From NCBI RefSeq assembly GCF_964355755.1, contig NC_092678.1:22151365-22215364 (forward strand): a stretch of 64,000 nucleotides of DNA, written 5' to 3'. The position numbers were made by a program, and so were the translations under genes. This document shows positions 22,691-33,800 of this stretch, piece after piece. The DNA is from Antedon mediterranea. Lineage: Eukaryota; Animalia; Echinodermata. Within the stretch, counting starts at the first letter, position 1; every line of letters starts with the position of its first letter. The notes under the pieces are model-generated. The model searched no databases. It was given only the letters and a program-made list of their open reading frames with translations, and had not been told where the DNA came from.

Positions 22691-25054
22691 TAACAAGTGA
22701 CTTGAAAACACTCTTATTAGGTAATAGTAATCATGTTACGTCACTCGTCACAGCCTTATTCGTGTTTTAATGATTTAATAATGTTTTTATGTTTAATTCC
22801 ATGTCGTCTGGCTAGTGTAACTTAAAGATAGATTTTTTCTGTGTAATTTTCTAACTGATGTAATTTTCTTGAAGAGTGTGATCATAACCCCTTGGTGTTT
22901 ACGTCGCTGAACTACTTGTCATTGAGAACATTGATGACAAGTGCATACAGTCATTCGTCAAAGTTTTATTATGCCTATTAATGTATTGATATGGGTATAT
23001 TGATTCCCTGTCGCCGCTGGTTGTCCATGTGCTCGGCATTGAACTTACATAAGTTTTTTCTGTTTGTATACAAATGCCGTGGTATACACCCATTTGAGTG
23101 TTTAGTCGACCACATTGGTACTTCGTTACATTATTGTCAAGTGCATTAAATTCAGTTTTCACACGCAGGTCAAGTGATATAATACCAATTCCCTGCCGTC
23201 AATATATGTGTGCATGAGATACCTGCTTGAAGGGTGTAAGCGTGCACCCCTATGGTGTTTTAAATGGCATCTTTTTTTACCTACTTGTCTATTTCCTAAT
23301 GTCCTTGGTTACGTGTTCTGTCATTTCCCCATGTTGAAGAGAGTATCGATTCATATTTGTCTTTAAAAAATGTTTTATCCGATTTAAGTTCCTTTACGTA
23401 TCCATCAATTTGTTTGTATTCAATTTATATTTCATTTTTTTTATATTTTTTACATAGTTTCCTTGTAAATAGGCCTATAATTGTTAAATCATTTTTTTTC
23501 TTTAACTTTTATTTTACTTACTCTGGACGCAACTTAATTCAAGAAGTGTGCCACTGTTTCAAAAGTGTAGCTTCCAAATAAATTATACTTATATCCTAAA
23601 TTTGCATAAACGTCTGTGTCATATGACGTATCAAATACACGCAATGCAATAGTCCCCCATTGCATAGTGTTGAAGGCTTAGTACACCTGTGTTCTATATA
23701 ATAACACAGGGGGAGACCGTTTAACAACTTCTCTCTCTAGAGTGAAAGTATTAAGTTTATCTCAAAATTCATGTTTCCAATTCTCCAATTTCGTTTACTA
23801 TTTTGTCAATCAGCATAAAATGTAATTGAATTTGAACAAATGTCCAAAGTAGACAGAAATAACAGGACATTTAAGTATATATAAATTGTCTTTTCCTTTT
23901 TTTAAGCTGCTGGGACATTCAGTTAAATTGTCGAGCGTTCTCTCAAATGTATCTAAGCCGCTCCACTGAGGAAAAGTGCACTTAATCATGAAATATGACA
24001 ACTGTTGCATACATATCATAAACCACAATTGGTGGTACAGTGTGATTTGCGTGGGCTTTTCATATATCTTTAAAATATGATAGCGTAAGTGTATAATATG
24101 AAAGCGTAAGTGTTGAGTGCATCGGTCCTTATATTTTCTAAATGAGTTGAGATAAGATCGGATTGCGTGGAGAAAGACTATCGGGTCGATTCGTCCCCCG
24201 AATAAAGCAGACGTCGCTAATCCTATAAAGAATTGAACCGCGGCGCCGTCTTCCGTTCCGCGAAAGGATGAAAGGTGGCTTCATTCGTTCTTCGCCGTTA
24301 AGATATGAAACTTAATTGTTAGATAGGTAGACACTTGTATAATGCTTCAAGCATCACACCATTCGTCGGTTACTCATGGGTCAAACGTAGCATAATAGGC
24401 CTACTAGAGGCTATCAACATTGTTGTAGGCCTACACCTTACAATCTTCTCCATCAGTCTCTATGAAGTTGTCCCCCTTTTAAATAGGTCATGGTCATTCA
24501 TTTACCATTGACGACATGTGACAGATTTGGAAAGAGTGACTGATACCTCAACAAAAGCACTCGTCTGCTGAGAACCTGTCACAATGTAGGCCTACAGTGC
24601 AGTAACAGGAGGCCTACAGTGCAGTAACAGGAGGCCTACAGTAAAAACGTACCAAATGTAAAAGAAAACAAATTAATAGAGGTACACTTTTCAATGACGT
24701 AACAGCCAAAAATAAGTAGGTACCCATAAAAGGAGGTAGTTTAGACAGATTAATTTATATAATAATTCAGTGTTCTCGTCATTAATTATGTAATATTTTT
24801 ATTTTTAATGCGTAGACAAAGTGCGAATATAACATGTGTATGGTCAGTGAGGGATTGGATTTCCTTAAGACTTGGCTTAATTCGTACGTTTCTAAAATAG
24901 CTCTTTATAATAGTATTTTGCACGAGCAGCTGACATTAGAATTATTATTTGACTGTTTGTCAAACAATCTTCAAATGACTTTGTTGTTTTCGTGGACAGG
25001 TTCCCTTCTAAGGGGCCCACAGAGACCAATATTCTTCGCCCCAATAGCATTTTA

Positions 25055-25204
25055 AGCTTGGTTCCCACTAGGACGTAGACGCAACGCACGCGCGCGAGTT
25101 GACCAATGACAAGCGACAGTTAGAATAATCCATCGCTTGTGATTGGTCAAATCCCTTACGTTGCGTTTACGTCGTTGTGTTGCGTCTCTTGTGGGAACCA
25201 CGCA
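25055..25204. mobile_element. MITE family B (Harbinger-like, CpG-rich)
   Basis: TIR agc(t/g)tggttcccact, internal acgcaacgca and ccaatcacaagcga inverted motifs, TTA TSD. Confidence 0.82.
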
Positions 25205-26365
25205 TTAGTAAAGTCTAATTTTAAAACGGTTGCGATGGGGAAATTCATCGTACAATTAGATATACTGTTTTGTCCAGCCCCTCATATCTGTCCAGCCTCA
25301 GAGCGATTAACTAAAATTCAGTTCTGGTTTTGAATGACCTGATATATATATATTATATAAATAACTGCCTGGATAAACCTAAATCACGTAAATTTTGAAA
25401 GTTAAATTTAAGTTAAGATTGTGTGATATAAAATCTGCAATCAAATGGCCTATATCAGCCAAGTCACTTCTTAATCCACGTACGTATTTAGGATGAGGTC
25501 AATGGGAGAAAGAAGACGAAGAAAGTAACAGTTACAGTGTAAATCAGTGTAAAGGAAATTAGTCTAGTCCTATATCTAGGTTCCTGTACATATAATTAAT
25601 GTGTCCTGCGCACATTCGGTAATATAGTGTCACATGTGTATCATATGTGCCACTGTATCGTAGGTCATAAGATCTAATATAACCTTAACATAATACAGAC
25701 GCAACATGTGGTGCAAATGTTACACTGTATACAGCGTTTTGCCTGATACTTGACTGACAATTTCATGTCATGTGTCCAGATACAGTACAGGTGGATGGGT
25801 TTACATGCCTAATCATTTATTTAGGATATTCATAATAGGTTTTGATCTATAAGCTTTAATATGACCCTGGCTTTTAACAAATATTAAGATTTATATAATT
25901 GTTTAAATTAATTGTTTAAAATTTACAATCATAGTAAATAAAAAAAGTGTTGGAACTTAATGTATTCATGGTCTATTAAAAGCTCCGGCCATGATCTGCC
26001 GCTTATCAATTACTATAATCTTATAAGTACTTTGCAAACGTAACAATATGTAACTCAACAAAAAATCATTACTAAAATGTCCTTTTAGATAATACTAGCG
26101 TATTAATCATGTGCTGAAAGGCACGTTTTTCAGGCCCTAACTGTCCCTTATTTTGAGCTGATTGCAAAGGTTGTCATGATTCACGGAACGCATACCGTGG
26201 AACATGTCTTTGTTTGCTTAGAAGAAAATGCAGTGTCATGTCTTTAGCCAAATGTTGTTAGAAGATAATTTGAAGACATTAAACAAAGGGCTTCTTCATC
26301 TTTGTCATTTATCCACCAACCCCCCCCCCCCCCCCCAACCCAAAATGAATTTATGAGCATTTACT

Positions 26366-26628
26366 TTGTTGCTGTATTGTTCAGTGAGGAGTTTGGTTCA
26401 TCTTCCGAGATGAGTGAGAGGAACCTTTCTGGTTCGCTGATTCGTGCTCGTCTTGTTGCTGTATTGTTCAGTGAGGAGTTTGATTCATCTTCCGAGATGA
26501 GTGAGAGGAACCTTTCTGGTTCGCTGATTCGTGCTCGTCTTGTTGCTGTATTGTTCAGTGAGGAGTTTGATTCATCTTCCGAGATGAGTGAGAGGAACCT
26601 TTCTGGTTCGCTGATTCGTGCTCGTCTT
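26366..26628. repeat. 87-bp tandem repeat, 3 near-identical copies
   Basis: unit starts at 26366, 26453, 26540. Confidence 0.95.
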
Positions 26629-27487
26629 TCTATTGTAGCAACATTTTCTTTTTTTTTATCGAAACTAATTTATTTTGTTGTCTTTTGTATAATAATTTAC
26701 CCAGTGATTTTCTTCTATATGGTATGTTTAAACAACTGCATAGTGAACTTCATTAGTAAATTCATACATATTTGAGGTTTTTTGTTCATAATCATAATAA
26801 TATTATGAGTTGTGTGAGTAATGGGATTGCGGCATCTTTAATGTAACAGATAAAATATTGGTTGTTTAGCTATGTTACTTTCTGCTAAATCATCATCAAC
26901 TTTGTGCTCCTCTCACCTCTTTACATAGATATTGATGATAGATGAAATCGGTCGCGAATTCGGTCGCGATCGGTGAAGAGTAAAGAAATTCACTCTTCCC
27001 CCTATTCGCGATAAAATAATAACTTCTGGTATATTTGTATGGGACGCCGCTAGATACGATTAATATAAAAGACCCGGGAGAATTGAAGACCATTCAACCA
27101 GAGACGGTCGGCGAAATCCATGTGAGTATACTTCTTTTATTCTGTATCTTAGTCTATACTTGATTATGTCCATGATCGTGTTATTAGTTAAGCATTCGTA
27201 GTTTGTTCTGAAATACCTTAATATCGTGTCCCTATACTCTCAAGGGAATAATACAATTTTCCCGTGGGTCTTCTCTAAAAGACGATTCGTCCCGTTTTTA
27301 ATGTGTTTGTGATTGAAAACTTATGTGCCGAAGGACACTGTTGACAAGATGTATCATCCATAGTTGAGACTTCTGTTGGATGTTGTATGACCGAGTTAAT
27401 GTCTAATAACACACGAATGACATGGTCTGTGTCGGGTTAATGGTACAAGGTCTCAACACGAATGAAAGGTTGCATATGTGTACGTAT

Positions 27488-27780
27488 TTCAAATCAAATC
27501 AAATCAACCAAATCTTTATTTATAAAAAATGTGTACATGGAAAAAGTGTTTTCCTCGACAGAAAATATGGTAAAACAAACAAAACATTTACAATTACATC
27601 ATACATAAAACAAATTACAATTTAAAAAATTCATTAAAACATACACCAATCCCACATAAAAAGACTGTGTTATTCTATACAGGTTTTTATAAGGCGCCCT
27701 ACAAAGAACAGAGCGCCTAACAATACTTAGTAGTTAATTAAAAAGAAAATAAACAAATTATATTCCCATTTAAAAACTGG
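27488..27780 (-). mobile_element. Probable 3' end of a non-LTR retroelement
   Basis: minus strand: taggcgct...ggcgcct stem, AATAAA, then (TTTGA)n tail. Confidence 0.45.
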
Positions 27781-28612
27781 TAAAATTAATATATATATAT
27801 ATTTGTATGACATCTTTCATATTAATTGAACTTTAATATAATTATTATTTTGTTATATATTTGTTTGGTTTTATTTGTAATATCGCATAGCTGTCCTAAT
27901 TCATCCCATTTGCTTAGATTATTAATGAGTGAGATGTATTTTCTTCTGGCGTAATTAAAAACGGCTGTATGAATAATCAATCGTTTTCATTAATTTAAAA
28001 CATAACAACCAAGTGGGACTTATATTTTTAGATTTTTTTTGCAAAGAATATTGCTAGACTTAAACCGATGCGCGATTTCTAAATACCCGTATGTAATCAT
28101 AAAATCAAACTATATCAAAGAAGTGAAACATTTAGATTTCTGCTGTAAAATGGTCGTGATGCCTTGTGGGCGCAGACAGCATGTGACGTAATTTCCGGTA
28201 AAATGCCAAGCGCAACTACACCCTTCTTCCTATTATTACTATAGTATTATCACTTTTAATTGTTAATACAACATAATTGTCCAATATAAATTATCATTTT
28301 CATTTTTAAACTGTTATCGTACGTGCTCAACTTGAAACTTAAAATTAAAACTTATCAGGTCAGGTCATTAATTCAAAATGTTGTGAAACACTTGATATTG
28401 TAGTTTATAAAACAGTTTGTTTTCTGCCTTTTGGGCGTGCCATAGTAGCCTTAGAAGTGTGAACATAGTGTAGTTGTTTTTTATAGGATTCAGTACAATT
28501 TATCAAGTTTCTCAATAGCCCGTTAATAGTATTCCAGATCCTTTAAAGACACCACTATTAAGGGGACACTTCCATATGAAACAAATTATAAATATAAAGG
28601 AAAAAATCGCAT

Positions 28613-28952
28613 CCGGACAATTACCACCCGGAAAATTACCACCCGGGAAATTACCACCCGGACAACTATCACCACGACAACTATCACCACCCGGACAATT
28701 ACCACCCGGACAACTACTGTACTACTTCCCGGACAATTACCACCCGGACAACTACTACCTCCCGGACAATTACCACACGGGAAATTACCACCCAGACAAT
28801 TACCACCTGGGCAACTATCACCACCCAGACAATTACCACCCGGACAACTATCACCACCCGGACAATTACCACCCGGACAACTACTACTTCCCGGACAATT
28901 ACCACCCGGGCAACTATCACCACCCAGACAATTACCACCCGGACAACTACTC
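28613..28952. repeat. 15/18-bp minisatellite (ggacaattaccaccc) inside a ggggacac...gtgtcccc MITE-like shell (about 28545-29000)
   Basis: direct inspection; attaaggggacac / gtgtccccttaat inverted flanks. Confidence 0.88.
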
Positions 28953-29810
28953 CTAGGAAATGTGGTTAATGTGTCCCCTTAATAAGGGTTACACTGCAAA
29001 ATTAATTATCTTAATATACACTATTTTAGAATGAAGTCATTATTTATAAATATAACATACTGTATCAGGTTTTTTTAGTCAGTCTCTTTATATTAATTGA
29101 ATTACTATTTTTTGTACACAAAGTATTAACTTACTTAACTGTACACACATAAAACGCTCAAATAATAATTATTTATTTTTACTAACCTATTTAATACATG
29201 TGAAATTTAACATTCAATGTGTTCCTCCCCAAGGATAGCTTTTAGATTAATTGTTCGTGGTTATATTTGTTATCACAAAAAATACATATACCCTGAAATT
29301 GAAGTTTCCTCCATACATTTGTGTTTATCACAGTACCCACAGCTCCTGTAAACCCTAAAGATTATCACACCATGACGTAAGCAAACTCTATTTTCCAAAT
29401 AAAGAAGTTAAGAAACCGTAATGGAAATAGATCCTCCTCTGAACAGTTTTACCGGCAGATGGCAGCACGGAAACTCGAGCGTAATTCCCATGGGAACTAA
29501 GGTGATACAAATTGCACTTTGAAAGATGCAACGAAAATTAGGCCTGTGTGTGTTTATTTTGTCACACAATACGGTCAACTAGTTAATTTTAATTTTTTTT
29601 GCTGCCAATGGAATCGAAAGATGAATTAATTACATCCTTTCTTAATTAACTGACGCCGCGTGAATTTCTAAAAACTTGGGATGGGTCGAGTTTGAAGTAT
29701 GCTTGAAAAACAACTTTTTTTTCGATTTTTATACTTAAAATTTCCGGATTTTGGACATCAATATTATATGTCAAAATTATGTTTTCGGTATTATAAGTTG
29801 ACTTTTTTAA

Positions 29811-30085
29811 AGCTCTGTCGAAACTTCAAATCAAATTTTATGTGACAACAAAATGTGATGTGCCCATATAATGGACATTATATGTCATATCACTACCATA
29901 TTTAAACATATCACTACCATATTTAGGCATATCCCTACCATATTTAGGCATATCACTACTACATTTGGGCATATCACTACTACATTAGGGCATATCACTA
30001 CTACATTTGGGCATATCACTACCATATTTAGGCATATCCCTATCATATTTGGGCATATCACTACTACATTTGGGCATATTTTTTC
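29811..30085. mobile_element. MITE family A with internal 21-mer amplified to about 9 copies
   Basis: left TIR then (atatcactaccatatttgggc)n at about 29887-30078. Confidence 0.82.
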
Positions 30086-30575
30086 AATGCTATTGACACA
30101 ATAGTCTGGTACGTGTTCCTTCATCACCAATTATACGTTTTAATAACAGTATAATAAAACGGTTAAGTATGTAACTAATACATTTGTCTATTTAAACGAC
30201 GAGTTAAGAGGCATAGTAATAGTATGAGATTGGTGAACAGCAGTCAATCGCAGGGCAGTCACAAATCAGGATCAGGCTCGATAATTGAATTTCCTCTATA
30301 TCGATATTTTGTATAGTACAACAGCAGTAAGACTCGGTAAAGTCCTGTACTGAAAATAGTGAGACACAGTCAGAAGCTTGTCAGTGCTACGTTTAAAGCC
30401 GCCTCGACATTAGCTCCTTGTCTGTACTGATTCCTCCGCGATTGGCTTACTCCTGAAATGGATCGAAACAGCTTTATCCTAATTCTGCTGACGACGACAT
30501 AGTTGAACACATTATCGCGCCAAATAAACAAATTGGAGCGTATACATTTTACCGTCTGCGATCAAAAAAAGCAAG

Positions 30576-30887
30576 ATGAATCTTGGAATACGTTCAGACG
30601 ATCAAATGCCGTTTATTTTACAGGCAAACAGACAAACTGACAAGTTATCTGTGGAACAAATAAACTGGAAAATTAGCCAGATTAAAAGTGTGTCACAGTT
30701 TGCTCTGGCGTTGAGTGTTGGGGTAATGGTGGTTTTAGCTTTGATTTTTCCAACGATTTCTGTAAGGACTGGTTCGTTAGATGTGCAATTACAAAAACAT
30801 GAGAGTCGATTGGTTCAGCAAGAAGCAACGATCTTACACCAAGAAAAAATACTCATGGAATTACAAACAAATATTTATCGTCTGCAG
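30576..30887 (+). CDS. collagen-like gene exon 1 (cytoplasmic tail, TM helix, start of coiled coil)
   Basis: ORF 30576; strong donor CAG|gtgagt at 30888, phase 0. Confidence 0.75.
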
Positions 30888-33800
30888 GTGAGTTTCGTGT
30901 CAGACGCGAGTGTAATGTGCGTATGATGCACGAGGACGGTAATAACACAAGTGTTTACAAAAGATAGTAACAAACTTTTAATCGAAAAATGCGAGTATTC
31001 CGCGTGTGATTAAAGAATCTTTTAACATAAAATGTGGTAACAATTGCACAGTATTTTAAAAGTTTACATAGTAAAATAATTTTGAAATGGTTACTTTAAA
31101 AATACACCCACATTTTAAGATTACGTAACAATTGTATTTTTTTTAAACGTTAATTGAAAAAAACAATAGTCAAAGCATTCGTTTAAAAAGAGAGTAATGG
31201 TATGTCTTCAAAAAGCAACAATAATGTTTTTGTTTTACTTTTTGTATGAATAATTTCGTTTGGCATGTTCAGTAGAAATATTCTTTTTAATAAAAATAAC
31301 TCGTACACTTTTTTTCGACATTTTGTACTTTCAAATTCAATACGAAATACATCTTGTTAAATATTATTTTAATTTGTTAAAATATGTACGTTGCTTCGAT
31401 ATAATCACGTCCACTTATTCGCAATTATGTTTCCACTTATAAATACTTAGGTAGTCAGCTTAGTTCTAAGCAGGTGTAATTGAATAATCAAAACAATTAA
31501 TTTTCATAAATTTTGCTTTCGTGAAACTCTAATTGACATCCACTGTGTCCACACTCTTGGCACGAAAACAAAAACTTTGTTAATAATAGGAAGAAAGTAA
31601 TGTTTTGTCGCGGTAATATGTAGTGACGGTGATAAAGATCGGCCGGTTCACTTACGTTTGTAGAGAAACCCAAGGGTAAATATTCTTGCCACGTGTAGCA
31701 GTTATCCGTCACTTAAATCCATATCAATAATATCGTTATTTTTATAAAAATAATTTGATCGAATAATTATTCAAAACAAGCCGTTCGTAATATATTCTGT
31801 TCGTTTTTTGCGAGTTATCCGTGATTCAAAACCATATCATTAACATCTTTATTTTAGAAAATATGACCTCAATTTTAGGTCGAATAAATATTCAAAACAA
31901 TTTTTTCGCAATAACTCTGTTCGTTTTTTACGCAATAGTCTGTTCCTTTATTTCGCGCCATGGAATTCGCTTGAAAGCAAAAATGTTCCATAGAAAGTTT
32001 TTATCATTCGTATCATCATGAATTTTCCTTCGTAAAAAAAGTTATAAATATTACCAAGGTTGAAAGAACCCAAAGGCAGCAATAAATGGACATTTTTATA
32101 GGGTTAATCTTTTGGACCTTTTACTTGTTAAAATGCCCGCCACGTAAGGATATTAATATGGATGTTAATTCCTGACTTACAGACAATCAGTCGCCTTCTA
32201 CCACATCATAGATTTGTTTTTAGGCAAAATTCAATTAGTTATTATTTCAGATTTTACAATATTCATCGTATCACAGTAACCTTAATTCAAATGCGCAGGT
32301 GTGAAAAGTGTGTGTTTACCAGGAAAGCAAACTTACTATGTGTAACTTAATAGCATATTGATTAATTTGTATAATTGTATGTACTTGGGTTTTAGGAGGA
32401 GAAGGTAATACTGTCATCTATTAGGTAAAAAAGTATCTTAGATTTATTTTATAGTGCAGTACTATTAGGCCTACTTCTTTCTAAAGCTCTGTCCACACTA
32501 TAAAACTAGTTTGACAAAAAAAAGTTTGATGTGCCCAAACATGGTAGTAATATGACATCATTGTGTTCATATATGGGAACATCACATTTTTTTGTAGTTT
32601 AATATTATAGACAGAGTTTACGTTTTCTTCTTTTCCCAATATCCAACGTTTTGGTGTGTTTGGGAGTTTCTGTTGCAAAAATTTTTACAAAGTTGATTTC
32701 TTTCATTGATCGGTCGTGGCAGTAAATACGTGTCACTAAATAATCTGTTGTCTAACCGGAAAGTATCGACGACAAAACCTGTGCAAATTACCTCTCAGGT
32801 TTGTTTTCACCTTTTTCACCACTTTCATTTCGTCAGACTATCTTTTCCTGAACCGTAATCAATATGAACCAAAGTTTCACTTAAGTACAAGTCGTCGAAT
32901 CTTAATTACCACAGTACACCTAAAACTGGCTAAATTTGTTCGTATATCACATACTCTCCAGTACTAATTTCTTGCTGATAAACTATACCACATGAATTGG
33001 TCTAATTTTAAGTTTAGACGTGACATTGATATGTAATGTCAAAGTTCAAACTTGATAAGATCACGTTTTAAGCATCCGCTTTTTAGTTCTAATTCTTTTT
33101 TTTTATAAACTATATATACCACAGACGTTGATTCATTAAACATTTAAATATTTTATTTTCAATTCAAATTAAGAAGAACAATACTTGTATACATATTGAC
33201 GGAGTTATACCACAAGTTCAAATTCACAGGCTTATGACGTCATATTGCACGCTCCAGTAACTTCATAAGATCACTTAATTGTTGACGAAACTGTTACCAC
33301 GCTGTATGATTAAAGTAAAGTTTCATAATTCTTATGATATGTTTATATCATATTATTTAAACAAAACTTTCAACAAATATTTTGTCTTTAGCAGAGGTGG
33401 TAGAATTCGCTTGCCTGTAATTCTTTTTCCCATGAGGCTTTTTAATGCAAATTTTGTCAGGTTAACAAAGGCCTACTTTTTATCAAATTTTTTGATCCAA
33501 TTTTTATAGGACACTGTTCTCTACATTTGTATGATATATGTCGTACTGTTTGTATTTTAGCAATTTTATCATATTTTAGGCCTAATGCTTTATATACGTG
33601 ACAAGCAAGACAATTTTCGAGCCAGAATGCTTGACAAAATAAAATAATTGAATTCAATTTCTTTTATATCCCCAAATATTGATAACATAATTAGAAATTA
33701 TCGCACATTTCATTAATGTGATTCCTCCTGAATCTAATTATAGTGAACACGCCCAAAAATTACGGCAATGATCTTTTGACTCATATAACATGAATCTATC

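Noticed and set aside
26302-26775. 157-aa plus-strand ORF
   Set aside because: TTG start, poly-C run and an 87-bp triplication account for its length.
28576-28956. GQLPP/DNYHP-repeat ORFs as a gene
   Set aside because: Translation of a 15/18-bp minisatellite inside a MITE-like shell, with no exon context.
29871-30130. HITTIFG / CPNVVVI repeat ORFs
   Set aside because: Artefact of the 21-bp MITE unit; similar peptides arise from other family A copies (11866, 11963, 60719).
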